A stretch of DNA of 64,000 nt from Clostridia bacterium. Lineage in GTDB: Bacteria; Bacillota; Clostridia; JAAYHZ01. How positions within the stretch are numbered: position 1 is the stretch's first letter; each line of letters begins with the position of its first letter. This document shows, piece by piece, positions 48,040 to 58,424 of the stretch. The notes beneath the pieces are model-generated. The model saw only the letters and a list, made by a program, of their open reading frames with translations. It was not told where the DNA came from and ran no database searches. Position numbers and translations under genes: made by a program. Location of the stretch: the NCBI GenBank assembly GCA_050950825.1, contig JBMNIH010000006.1, positions 96,001 through 160,000 on the forward strand, read 5' to 3'.

Positions 48040-49632
48040 GTGATGAGATTGGATCAGAAAGCAGAAATTTTAATTAAATATTATAGGGAAAATAAATCAC
48101 AGAGAGCAATAAGCCGTGAAATGAAAATTTCCAGAACCACAGTAAGAAAATATATCAAAGAATATGAATCCAAGTGCGAAAAGATTTTTGAGTTACAAGA
48201 GAATGTGGATGGTGATAAAAGTGAGATGTCAGCACTGATAGATGAACTGTCCTCTTCGCCCAGTTATGACACCAGCAACAGAAAGAAAACAAAGCTAACA
48301 ACCGAGATTATTGGCAAAATAGAAGAACTATTAATGCAGAATGAACAAAATAAGTTCCTAGGCAGATCCAAGCAGTTGATGAAGAAGATTGACATACACG
48401 AAAAGCTCGTTGATATGGGTTATGACATCAGCTACTCTACGGTGTGCAATTACATCAGAGAAAACTGCGAAATCAAAGAGGCATTCATCAGGCAAGAATA
48501 TGACTTTGGCGAAACGGTGGAATTTGACTGGGGTGAAGTAAAACTGACGATAGCCGGTAAAAATGTTACAGTACAGATGGGTTTGATGACTACAGCCTGC
48601 AGTCCGTATCATTATGCGAAGCTTTACCACAATCAAAAAATGGAGAACTTTTTAGATATTCATGTTCAGTCATTTAATAACATAGGCGGCGTTCACAAAG
48701 AAGTTGTGTATGATAACTTGAAGCAAGCCGTAAGGAAATTTGTCGGAATAAACGAAAAAGAAGCAACAGAAGACTTAATCAAGCTGTCATTGTATTACGG
48801 CTTCAAATATAGGTTTTGCAATGTAGCCAGCGGGAATGAGAAAGGTCATGTGGAGCGGGGAGTTGAGTTTGTCAGGAGAAAAATATTTTCTAGCAGAACT
48901 GATTTTGATACATTGGAGCAAGCAAATGAACATCTGATAATCGAGCTCCATAAACTTAATTCAAAGAAAAGAAACTGGTTAAAAAACAATCAAAGCCCAA
49001 TCGATGTGTTAAAGCAAGAGATGCCCTATCTCATACCATTAAAGCCATCTTACGATACATCCAGAAGGACGGAAGCGAGAGTCAATAAATACAGCGTAAT
49101 TAACTTGGATCTTAACAAATATTCAGTACCTGACTATCTTGTAGGCAAATTTGTGGATGCAAGGATTTATCCCGAAAGGATAGAAGTCCATCATAAAAAA
49201 ATTAAAGTGGCCGAGCACAAAAGATCATACCAAAAGCATGAGTGGATTATTGAGATTAATCATTATCTGGATACATTAAAAAAGAAGCCCGGAGCCTTAC
49301 ATTCCAGTGCCGGCAGGCGCCAGCTTAGCCCGGAGCTTCAAACAATTTATCATGAATATTATACAGATAAAGCAAGAGATTTCATAGAGCTTTTGGAATT
49401 AATCAAAGAGAAAGGCTTGAATAGTGTGGTTAATGCAATAAATGAACTGAAAAAGATTAAAAACGAATTGGTAACAACAGCGAATATCAAGAATATCGTT
49501 TGCAAGACTCCGAGAGAGCATTACGAACCTTTAGGAGCAGAAGATCTCACAATACAAAAGGCGTCGATAAGGCAAATAGAGATACTTAATGAAATGTTCA
49601 ATTTAAAATCATCAGGGGGGTATAAAAATTGA
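48040..49632 (+). CDS. istA: IS21 transposase
   Basis: N-terminal HTH, EFDWG, YDNLK, EKGHVER, YSVP. Confidence 0.93.
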   Translation: MMRLDQKAEILIKYYRENKSQRAISREMKISRTTVRKYIKEYESKCEKIFELQENVDGDKSEMSALIDELSSSPSYDTSNRKKTKLTTEIIGKIEELLMQNEQNKFLGRSKQLMKKIDIHEKLVDMGYDISYSTVCNYIRENCEIKEAFIRQEYDFGETVEFDWGEVKLTIAGKNVTVQMGLMTTACSPYHYAKLYHNQKMENFLDIHVQSFNNIGGVHKEVVYDNLKQAVRKFVGINEKEATEDLIKLSLYYGFKYRFCNVASGNEKGHVERGVEFVRRKIFSSRTDFDTLEQANEHLIIELHKLNSKKRNWLKNNQSPIDVLKQEMPYLIPLKPSYDTSRRTEARVNKYSVINLDLNKYSVPDYLVGKFVDARIYPERIEVHHKKIKVAEHKRSYQKHEWIIEINHYLDTLKKKPGALHSSAGRRQLSPELQTIYHEYYTDKARDFIELLELIKEKGLNSVVNAINELKKIKNELVTTANIKNIVCKTPREHYEPLGAEDLTIQKASIRQIEILNEMFNLKSSGGYKN

Positions 49633-50390
49633 GTAATGAAATGATCACTGAAATAAAAAAATACATATCGGAGCTGAAGATTCCGGGAATCAACCAGAGA
49701 CTGACAATGAATATTGAAGAGGCATATAAATTTGATAAGCCGTATGAAGAATTTCTACGTGATATTTTAGTAGAAGCTTATGATACAAGGAAGGAAAACG
49801 GTAGGAAGAACAGGATCAGAAATGCCAAATTTCCGTATAGAAAGCACTTGGATGAACTTAGACCCGAATACCTTCCGGAAGACTGTAGAAAGAGATTAAA
49901 AGAGCTTAAAACGTTAAATTTTATTGACGAAGGAAGGAATATAATATTATCCGGAAATCCCGGAACGGGTAAGACGCATCTTTCCATTGGTCTTGGTATT
50001 GAAGCATGCAACAAGGGTTATAAGGTATATTTTTCGACGGTACCGTCCTTAATAAACGAATTAAAAGAAACAAGAAGTGAAAGAAAGCTGTATGCATATG
50101 AAAAAAGGTTTGAAAAATATGATTTAATCATCGCAGACGAGTTGGGATATATTTCTTTTGATAAAGAAGGGAGTGAATTATTATTTACATTTCTCTCTTT
50201 AAGAGCGGAGAGGAAATCCACTATCATTACAACTAATCTTTCCTTCGACAGATGGAATGAGGTATTCAATGATGCAACCATGACTGCTGCTTTAATTGAC
50301 AGATTAACCCACAAGTCTTATGTGATAAATATGAATGGAGATTCTTACAGGATAAAGGAAACTAGCGAATGGTTAGAGAAAATTAATTGA
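49629..50390 (+). CDS. istB: IS21 helper AAA+ ATPase
   Basis: GNPGTGKTHL, IADELGY, TTNL, DRLTH, GDSYR. Confidence 0.95.
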   Translation: MSNEMITEIKKYISELKIPGINQRLTMNIEEAYKFDKPYEEFLRDILVEAYDTRKENGRKNRIRNAKFPYRKHLDELRPEYLPEDCRKRLKELKTLNFIDEGRNIILSGNPGTGKTHLSIGLGIEACNKGYKVYFSTVPSLINELKETRSERKLYAYEKRFEKYDLIIADELGYISFDKEGSELLFTFLSLRAERKSTIITTNLSFDRWNEVFNDATMTAALIDRLTHKSYVINMNGDSYRIKETSEWLEKIN

Positions 50391-50505
50391 TTTGATAATA
50401 GGGTGGTACAGTTTGTAGGTGGTACAGTTTTCGATTGTAAAATGGTACAGTTTTAGATTGACAAATACAACGATTTTGCGAGGCTTTGCGTGGTATAGGT
50501 TGCAC

Positions 50506-52891
50506 GTTTCAACCCACGCTCCCGTATGGGAGCGACCCGTCATGCTATGTGGATCCATGTGAATCTCGTGGTTTCAACCCACGCTCCCGTATGGGAGCGA
50601 CGAGCGGCGCAACGTCCTTGTAGATGAGTGTGGTTTCAACCCACGCTCCCGTATGGGAGCGACGGAATGCCTTCTGCGACGTCTCGCACGGGTCAGTTTC
50701 AACCCACGCTCCCGTATGGGAGCGACGGAATTTGCCTTGTGCCGACAGGTGCCGCAGCGTTTCAACCCACGCTCCCGTATGGGAGCGACTACCGTCGCAC
50801 ATGTAATCAGTCGTCTCTGATCCGTTTCAACCCACGCTCCCGTATGGGAGCGACGCGAATGCTAAACTTTGCGATCGTGCCGCTGGGTTTCAACCCACGC
50901 TCCCGTATGGGAGCGACCAATAAGCCTTTACGGTGTATAGGTGCTAACCTGTTTCAACCCACGCTCCCGTATGGGAGCGACTCCACAAGCGAAGACAAGA
51001 TGCGTCTCCGCTGTTTCAACCCACGCTCCCGTATGGGAGCGACCCGATGCACCGTTACGGCGGATTTGCCGACTCCTCGAAGAGTTTCAACCCACGCTCC
51101 CGTATGGGAGCGACGCCGAGGAGAAAGCTCCGGGCAGGCATGGACCAGGTAAGCGTTTCAACCCACGCTCCCGTATGGGAGCGACGCCATATCCGGCGTG
51201 GATCCGGAGTCACGCAAGGTTTCAACCCACGCTCCCGTATGGGAGCGACCCACAGCAACTTAGCATCGGAGATGTCCGGAGTTTCAACCCACGCTCCCGT
51301 ATGGGAGCGACGATGATCCAAGCGCTATGTGGGCGCTGTCCCGTCGTTTCAACCCACGCTCCCGTATGGGAGCGACGCCGTTAAGCTGCCCGCATGCCAG
51401 CAGAGGCTTGCAGTTTCAACCCACGCTCCCGTATGGGAGCGACCTACGGGTGTCAGCTCCATATGCCATACTATCCGTTTCAACCCACGCTCCCGTATGG
51501 GAGCGACTGCCATGACGATCAAAGGCTTTTCACCCATTAACTCGTCAACGGGTTTCAACCCACGCTCCCGTATGGGAGCGACATCATGGTCACGCGTATC
51601 ACTGATCGCGACTACCCCTTCATCGTTTCAACCCACGCTCCCGTATGGGAGCGACTGGCGATCGCCTTGGAACTGCGAACGACGTTCGGTTTCAACCCAC
51701 GCTCCCGTATGGGAGCGACCGCCATCGGAGTCACGCTTATCACCGCACGAGGTTTCAACCCACGCTCCCGTATGGGAGCGACGGACTGAGCAGACGTCAT
51801 CGATATGACCTTATCGTTTCAACCCACGCTCCCGTATGGGAGCGACCATGTACAGGATCATCGGCGCTTATTGCCATCAGTTTCAACCCACGCTCCCGTA
51901 TGGGAGCGACGTATGCCGAATGACGTCTTGAGGTATGCGTTTCAGTTTCAACCCACGCTCCCGTATGGGAGCGACACGAGACCGATGATAACCTATGTCA
52001 ATCGGAGTTTCAACCCACGCTCCCGTATGGGAGCGACAGTCAAGACGTACTTCGTACGAGTGATCATCTACGGTTTCAACCCACGCTCCCGTATGGGAGC
52101 GACGTCAGCCGGCAAAGCGATACGTTGGATCATACGAAGTTTCAACCCACGCTCCCGTATGGGAGCGACTCAAGCCCGAGTATATGACTGAGCTGAAATC
52201 GAGGTTTCAACCCACGCTCCCGTATGGGAGCGACAGGAGGGCCCAAGGATGAGCACCCCACTCCATCGAAAGTGTTTCAACCCACGCTCCCGTATGGGAG
52301 CGACGTCGACGCGGCTCGGTTTCCAAGACTTATCGACCTCTCCGGTTTCAACCCACGCTCCCGTATGGGAGCGACGTTGTCGTAGTCCGAATCTGACGTA
52401 CCGCGTAAGGTTTCAACCCACGCTCCCGTATGGGAGCGACGAGATATTACGCACGCTCTGTTGTAGAGGATGTCAGTTTCAACCCACGCTCCCGTATGGG
52501 AGCGACCAGAAAGTGTATCCTAATAGCCGTTCGGCGTAATGGGTTTCAACCCACGCTCCCGTATGGGAGCGACGTGCACCGTAGTTACGATCGGCCTAAT
52601 GCGATGTTTCAACCCACGCTCCCGTATGGGAGCGACAAGTGAGAGAACGGCGCTTGACAGGCGGAAGAAGTTTCAACCCACGCTCCCGTATGGGAGCGAC
52701 ACAATGTACATTTTGGCGAGATTAACGGTTGTAAGTTTCAACCCACGCTCCCGTATGGGAGCGACGTCACGGACACGTTTGCCCGACTCCCGATGTCGTT
52801 TCAACCCACGCTCCCGTATGGGAGCGACCGTATAGTGCAGTTCCATTGTCATAGGCGCCCGTTTCAACCCACGCTCCCGTATGGGAGCGAC
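50506..52891 (-). CRISPR. type I-C CRISPR array: 37 identical 31-nt repeats, 36 spacers plus one orphan spacer-sized segment
   Basis: repeat on minus strand GTCGCTCCCATACGGGAGCGTGGGTTGAAAC with CGCTCCC/GGGAGCG hairpin; counted by hand; spacers 31-44 nt. Confidence 0.98.
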
Positions 52892-53038
52892 TGCTAAATA
52901 TTGTGAATGATAAACTTTGGAGTCTATATCTTGATTTTTATATTTCTTTTCTTTGTATTATTGGTAACATATGTTACGCATTTTGCATAATTTTTAGTGC
53001 GAATCTTCTAGGGATTTTATGTGAGCATGGCATTCGCA
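52892..53038 (-). promoter_or_regulatory. CRISPR leader
   Basis: AT-rich segment between cas2 and first repeat; GTGCGAA/TTCGCAC inverted repeat next to the cas2 stop. Confidence 0.8.
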
Positions 53039-53329
53039 CTAAATAACAAGAGGTCCTTCAAAGTCGATCGATGGTTTTGCACCTATATGTACTACCTTTT
53101 CTTTATAGTTATTTCCTAGAGTATAGAATCGCAGACTGTCTTTTTCACGATCAATAATTTTCTCGAGTTTATGCTGTAATTCTCGATATTGGGCATAATC
53201 AAGCACACACTCAAATACAGAATTCTGTACTCGTTGACCATAATTCTCACACATTTTTGCAACATGTCTGAGTCTTTTCTGTCCGGACAAATCCGTTGTA
53301 TTAACATCATATGTAATTAGAACTAACAA
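53039..53329 (-). CDS. cas2: CRISPR-associated endonuclease Cas2
   Basis: VLITYDV, GQRVQNSVFEC, DSLRFY. Confidence 0.97.
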   Translation of the reverse strand: MLVLITYDVNTTDLSGQKRLRHVAKMCENYGQRVQNSVFECVLDYAQYRELQHKLEKIIDREKDSLRFYTLGNNYKEKVVHIGAKPSIDFEGPLVI

Positions 53330-53338
53330 AGAATCACC

Positions 53339-54370
53339 TCATTTCCACAAAAACGGCGGATATTCTTCTATATCACCTCTTATATATCTTGCCAAAAGCA
53401 TTGCTTGACAATGCGGTACTAATCCCCATTCAATTTGCTCTTCTAAGTAGGGATGCATAATAGTTTCCCTTTTTCTTTCTTGCCAAGCGGTTAGCACCTT
53501 CTTGCGAGCATTATCATTGATGACAACGGCACCATTTTCACGGGTAATAAAATCCTGTTTTGTAATAATCATTTTATTAACTAGACTCAATACAAACCGG
53601 TCTACCACTATTGCTCTCAATTCCTCCAGAATGTCAAGTGCTAAAGAAGTGCGGCCCGGTCTGTCTCTGTGAAAGATGCCGACATAGGAATCTAAACCTA
53701 CTGTTTCACATGCAGCAGCACATTCGTTCGCCAGTATTACATAGAAGAACGACAGTAACGCATTAAGGTTATCGGTAGGAGGTCGCTTAATTCTGCTTTT
53801 CCAAACAAAGTCATCTTTTTGTTGTAATATAAGATCATCGAATATGTCAAAGTAGGTTGATGCAGCTTTTCCTTCGATCCCTCTTATTCGGTCTAGGGTA
53901 TCCGCCTCCTTGAGTTCATTTATTGAGTTATACAGATACTCAGACACATTTTTTAGCTTATCAACATCTAATCTCATGCCATGGTCGCGGATAGCTCTGT
54001 CTACAATCGATTTTGCATTATAAAGCTTTCCTGTTATCATATTTCCGGCAACTTTCACACACTCGTCTTCATTATCGGATAAACGATACTGAGCTTTTCG
54101 TAAAAGAACATTACCATTGCTCTCACCGATCACTCGTCCAAGGAATCGCCCATGCGGTGACAGAAAACACAACGATATATTGTTTTGAGTACATGCTCTC
54201 ATAAGAGCGGGGCTCGCACCCATAAATCCAAAAGTCACTATTCCTTCCAGATTCAACAAGGGGAGCTTTAACAGATCTTTTTCTTCCGATCTTATAACAA
54301 CCGTTTCCCCTTCTAGTGATAAATAGGCATCCGGGTTTGTTACATACAGAGTATTAAGTAACTTTCTCAT
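53339..54370 (-). CDS. cas1: type I-C Cas1
   Basis: MRKLLNTLYVT, GIEG, NALLSF, SLALDILEELR, YPPFLWK. Confidence 0.97.
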   Translation of the reverse strand: MRKLLNTLYVTNPDAYLSLEGETVVIRSEEKDLLKLPLLNLEGIVTFGFMGASPALMRACTQNNISLCFLSPHGRFLGRVIGESNGNVLLRKAQYRLSDNEDECVKVAGNMITGKLYNAKSIVDRAIRDHGMRLDVDKLKNVSEYLYNSINELKEADTLDRIRGIEGKAASTYFDIFDDLILQQKDDFVWKSRIKRPPTDNLNALLSFFYVILANECAAACETVGLDSYVGIFHRDRPGRTSLALDILEELRAIVVDRFVLSLVNKMIITKQDFITRENGAVVINDNARKKVLTAWQERKRETIMHPYLEEQIEWGLVPHCQAMLLARYIRGDIEEYPPFLWK

Positions 54371-54389
54371 AGCCTTATCCTCGTTAGAG

Positions 54390-55043
54390 TTATTTTTTTA
54401 ACATATTCGATATATACCTGCTTACGCTTTTATTCTCATTTAAGACAGGAAGGCACAAGTTCGCAAGCGAGCACGACTTACACTTATTCCCCGTTTTAAC
54501 TCGAGGAGTATGTTTTCTCTGCATTAACATATGCATTTCTTCTACTATGCTGCAAACCTCATTTTTTAACTCGGATGTAAATATGACATCTTCCCTGTGC
54601 TTAATTTCTCCATAAAACATGTAACCTTCGTTAATAGTGCAAGCTAACATTTCTTCCAAACACATAGCTTGGGCACAAAGTTGCAAGCGGTCTGCATTAT
54701 GCTTTTTCGGTCTACCCTTTTTGTACTCAATAATAACAGGTTTATACTTTCCCCGTCTTCCATGAAGCGTTATACCGTTATCAACTTCATGAAACTCAAC
54801 GACATCACAAATTCCGGTTATGCCTAGTTTTGAAGATGATACCGGCATACCTCTTGATATAATTAGGCCTTTTCTTTTTTCCGAGAGCTTGCCGCCGTGG
54901 GCGCTCTCGTGAAATATGTGACCTTCAATCGTGTAAACATTTTCAGTCCACATATTTTCTATATATATGAGCGCCCACTGTCTACGGCAAAATGCAAAAT
55001 GCTGAATTCCTGATAATTGTAAATAATCTTCTTCCTTGTACAT
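54390..55043 (-). CDS. cas4: Cas4
   Basis: SGIQHFAFCRRQWALI, CDVVEF, EYKKG, QLCAQAMCLE, CxxCSLxxxC. Confidence 0.96.
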   Translation of the reverse strand: MYKEEDYLQLSGIQHFAFCRRQWALIYIENMWTENVYTIEGHIFHESAHGGKLSEKRKGLIISRGMPVSSSKLGITGICDVVEFHEVDNGITLHGRRGKYKPVIIEYKKGRPKKHNADRLQLCAQAMCLEEMLACTINEGYMFYGEIKHREDVIFTSELKNEVCSIVEEMHMLMQRKHTPRVKTGNKCKSCSLANLCLPVLNENKSVSRYISNMLKK

Positions 55044-55045
55044 TT

Positions 55046-55933
55046 TTATATCATTCTTATGCATGTTACTCCTTCCGGAATGTTTTCGGTAAAGACGGTT
55101 ACTTCATAATCGCTATATTCTCTGGCGGGTTTTTCGAGATCTTTTCTTGTAACTTTTACCGTATCGAAAAGTACATGCGCCGGAGCATTGCCAAAGGTGC
55201 CATTATGCTTAAAAACAATTAACTCTCTTACGGCCATCTTCCCTCGAGCCGCAGATCGGTCGTGCTCGAACATGTTTTTAATTGCCTCCCACAGAAGATC
55301 CAAATCATCATCAGAAAAACCGGTGACTTTCGCCAAGTTTGCCGATACAAATCCTTCCATCCTATAAAGAGCATACGGAATAATATGTTTTCTGCCCATT
55401 TCCGTACCTTTCTTTTCCGCATCGGCTTCCGTTGTTATTGCCACCCTTGTAATGGTAACTTCTTGTTGTACAATGGGATCAATGCTTCGTGCGAAGCTCA
55501 ATTGCACGGGACCTCTGACTTGTCCGCAGCTTAGTGCCGCTTTAACGAATGTTGTCATGACCGCACCGAATGTTCTTATGTCGTAAAAATTGGAACACAT
55601 AAAATCACGTATCTTTTCATCAATACCCGGATCTTTCTTTTTCGCTTCACCGATACTTTTTTCATCGACACCTAGATACTGATATGCCGTTCTGTCGCTG
55701 ACGTTTAAGGGGATATTTTCTTTTATGTAGATTTTGTATTCTTTATCACCCTCTTTAACCGCTTCTACGTAATTTCTTATCTTTCTTTTTATACAGACAT
55801 CGGTTACAATTCCGTGTCCCGTCTCGGGATCAATTCGAGGCATGTTCCCGGCATCAGGATCCCCGTTGGGATTGCCATTGACTACATCAAAAAGAATTAC
55901 AAATTCATACCTGCTATTTATGGGTTCTCTCAT
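55046..55933 (-). CDS. cas7: type I-C Cas7 (Csd2)
   Basis: NGNPNGDPDAGNMPRID, DIRTFGAV, GQVRGPVQ, HDRSAARG. Confidence 0.97.
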   Translation of the reverse strand: MREPINSRYEFVILFDVVNGNPNGDPDAGNMPRIDPETGHGIVTDVCIKRKIRNYVEAVKEGDKEYKIYIKENIPLNVSDRTAYQYLGVDEKSIGEAKKKDPGIDEKIRDFMCSNFYDIRTFGAVMTTFVKAALSCGQVRGPVQLSFARSIDPIVQQEVTITRVAITTEADAEKKGTEMGRKHIIPYALYRMEGFVSANLAKVTGFSDDDLDLLWEAIKNMFEHDRSAARGKMAVRELIVFKHNGTFGNAPAHVLFDTVKVTRKDLEKPAREYSDYEVTVFTENIPEGVTCIRMI

Positions 55934-55939
55934 TTCTAA

Positions 55940-57712
55940 TTACTCCTTTCTAACCTTTTCATAATTGGCTTGTTTTTGATGATAATAACCTAAAATAAAT
56001 ATTCCTTGTTCCTCTAGCGTTAAGTTCGCCGGAAACGGATCATCGTTGACTTCCAACATATTCAGCAGCTCTCTTATCTTAATCTCCGCATTTTTACCGT
56101 ACTGAGCTTTCGCAATATGGTGGTTGCTTAATCGTAGCAGTACGGGGAAAACGGATGCAGGCGTTGCACAAGCCGAGGTAAAATATCTGTCTTTAATCGT
56201 TGTGTTAATTCCCGGATTCGCTTCCTCCTGTACTTTTTCCAATACGGAAAACAAACGCCCCAATATATATGCTTTTTCTTTACATTCGGGATTTAGCGCC
56301 ACTGTTAAGACCTCCTTATATTTTTGATAATTGTATTTTTTTATCAGATAAGCTTTGATAATTCCCGCCCTTGCTCGGTTTATATCTCTATCAGCCCGAA
56401 TTCGTATCATTATGGCCGAGTACAACGCCGAAGGATACGGCTGCCCGGACAATATCGCTCGTAAAACGGCTCCTGTCAATAACGGTGATGACGATTTGTC
56501 TTTCGATGCTTTAGGTACCGTCTCCAGCATGACCTTCCATAGAGGTACATATTGGTAGTCATCCGGATGTCTTGCAATCTCCATGTTTCTGTAGTGCTCA
56601 ACCAATCGATCTACATATGATCCGTACCTGCCGCTTAGAAAGAATCGTATAGAGATTCTCCCTGCATTGGGGGATAAAGCCAAAACATAAAACGGCACAT
56701 CCGGATCCAATGATTGATCCGCCTCTTCAATAGGCATCCCCGATGCCACTTTCCGAAAAAGATCTCGGATCCGATAAGTCGTCTTTGTATCTTCAACGTT
56801 TTCAGGTCCCTGAATTTCTTCTTCGCTTGGCATAAGTAAAAAGTTAAACAAATCGAGATACTGCGGTTTCGTACTTTCCGCCCAAAAAACAACGGCGCTA
56901 TCTCCTATGTCAATTCGATGATTGTAACTTCCGAGCATAAAATTTAGTGCCGTAGTATAGGCAAAAGCGGCACGTTCACTGACAGGCGCATTGGCTCCTT
57001 GCTGTTTTTCATGACCATAAGACTCATATGCTTGACTGTTAAAGGAAACAATATAGGCTCCCGACGATTGAGCTCCTTTCACGCCTTTTATTGCTGTGTG
57101 AATTCTTGCAATAGGTAACATCTTCCCCGTTACCAAACACTGCATCACCGTGTCACTTTCCATTTTGCTTTTATACTCCTGCCAAGCCTCTCTGACTTTA
57201 GGATCCTCATGTACGTATCCCGTTCCGTTTAAGTAGAACACCAAGTTACCGCCGCTTAAAATATCATCGAGGTATTCTTTTAGTACCGGACTTTCTTTTT
57301 GATCCTCGGGGACCCACTTATCGATAAATGCCAAGACGGCTCTTGCACAAGGTGTTTCCACACCTTCTAAAACCCTTCGATGCAAATCTTGAAACAGATT
57401 AAAGCATTCTTTTGTGCGTGTAGGATTGTCTTTTTTATCGATTCCCAAAACATATCCGGAGTTATCGCAAAGAAAATTCGATCCCGTGTTAACGGTCCTT
57501 GTAATCTGTTCTGGTACTTCCATTTCCTGGGGTTTGTATACGGTCTTTTTACCGACTCTTGTAGGTACCTGCAGCGGGATAATGCCTATTAAGTCTCCGG
57601 ATTCATTGATATTGAGAGCAAATGATACTTTTGCTTTGGAATAACCCTGCTCCGGTAATTGACCGTTTTCAACCATTAAGTTATAGTAATTTGTCAGCGC
57701 TTGCAGTATCAC
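55940..57712 (-). CDS. cas8c: type I-C Cas8c (Csd1)
   Basis: ILQAL start, FLCDNSGY, CLVTG, VSFN, LSPNAGRISIR, YILGRLF, FILGYYHQ. Confidence 0.96.
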   Translation of the reverse strand: MILQALTNYYNLMVENGQLPEQGYSKAKVSFALNINESGDLIGIIPLQVPTRVGKKTVYKPQEMEVPEQITRTVNTGSNFLCDNSGYVLGIDKKDNPTRTKECFNLFQDLHRRVLEGVETPCARAVLAFIDKWVPEDQKESPVLKEYLDDILSGGNLVFYLNGTGYVHEDPKVREAWQEYKSKMESDTVMQCLVTGKMLPIARIHTAIKGVKGAQSSGAYIVSFNSQAYESYGHEKQQGANAPVSERAAFAYTTALNFMLGSYNHRIDIGDSAVVFWAESTKPQYLDLFNFLLMPSEEEIQGPENVEDTKTTYRIRDLFRKVASGMPIEEADQSLDPDVPFYVLALSPNAGRISIRFFLSGRYGSYVDRLVEHYRNMEIARHPDDYQYVPLWKVMLETVPKASKDKSSSPLLTGAVLRAILSGQPYPSALYSAIMIRIRADRDINRARAGIIKAYLIKKYNYQKYKEVLTVALNPECKEKAYILGRLFSVLEKVQEEANPGINTTIKDRYFTSACATPASVFPVLLRLSNHHIAKAQYGKNAEIKIRELLNMLEVNDDPFPANLTLEEQGIFILGYYHQKQANYEKVRKE

Positions 57713-58371
57713 TGTACCACCTCGCATTCCGTCAAGTCGATTACGCCATCCATCATAATCGCTCTGAAAAATTTCGGTTTGATGTCGTTCGGATCGGAAT
57801 AATCCATATCATACAACATGTAACCCAAATCCTTTGTACCCGTATAAGCCGTCTGAATCGGACCGCCCTTGTAAAGAGCCACATTTGCAGGGAACTCCCT
57901 ACACCCGAAATAGGGGGTATGGTAATTCTGACCCTTTTCAAGCCTTCTTAAGATTATGTTGTAGTACTTTTTTTCCGCATCGGAGCCAAAATCCTTTTGC
58001 AGCTTGAAATGAGCCTCAATGACGTATCTTACATCTTTTAGAATCATCGATGCCCGTTGTTGCCTGTCTTTTGTTGCAATAATACCCAATGGATCATTTT
58101 TACCGTTGATAACGCTTTGCACGTTTCTTGCGGAAATTTTCGACCCTACTTCATTGCGCCTTATGTTCACAAACTTTATGGGCTTGCAAACATATATCTT
58201 GTCAATGACCCATTTGATTTCAGGCTTCCAACAAATCGCATCAAGAATTCCCCGCGCCGCAGAAGGAGTTATCACATCGTAGCTTACCCGCTCCACTTTC
58301 ATCTCGGGACGCGTAAACAGAGCATAGTCTCCCCACACCTCAACGCAAATTCCAAATGGCAAAGTAATCAC
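57709..58371 (-). CDS. cas5: type I-C Cas5c
   Basis: GDYALFTRPEMKVERVSYDVITPSAARG, PYFGCREF. Confidence 0.97.
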   Translation of the reverse strand: MITLPFGICVEVWGDYALFTRPEMKVERVSYDVITPSAARGILDAICWKPEIKWVIDKIYVCKPIKFVNIRRNEVGSKISARNVQSVINGKNDPLGIIATKDRQQRASMILKDVRYVIEAHFKLQKDFGSDAEKKYYNIILRRLEKGQNYHTPYFGCREFPANVALYKGGPIQTAYTGTKDLGYMLYDMDYSDPNDIKPKFFRAIMMDGVIDLTECEVVQ

Positions 58372-58424
58372 CTCCTATACTTTTTTAAATTACATATGAT
58401 AAATTGATTGGAATCTCACCCGGT

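Larger units (their letters stand above)
47936..50469 (+). mobile_element. IS21-family element
   Basis: TG..CA ends with imperfect IRs (AATCTAAAA core); repeated GGTACAGTTT at right end; no target duplication. Confidence 0.88.

Noticed and set aside
50664-50758. Adjacent spacers both starting GGAAT..GCCTT.TG, and an 11-nt word shared by two other spacers
   Set aside because: Short gapped similarity within chance expectation
51377-51412. A spacer shares CATGCCxGCAGAGGCTxG (16 of 18 nt) with the structured element at about 14732-14749
   Set aside because: Only half the spacer aligns; a rough estimate gives about one such match by chance across all spacers and both strands of 64 kb
50373-52867. 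Many ORFs across the CRISPR array
   Set aside because: Translations of the repeat (FNPRSRMGAT, VSTHAPVWER); not genes
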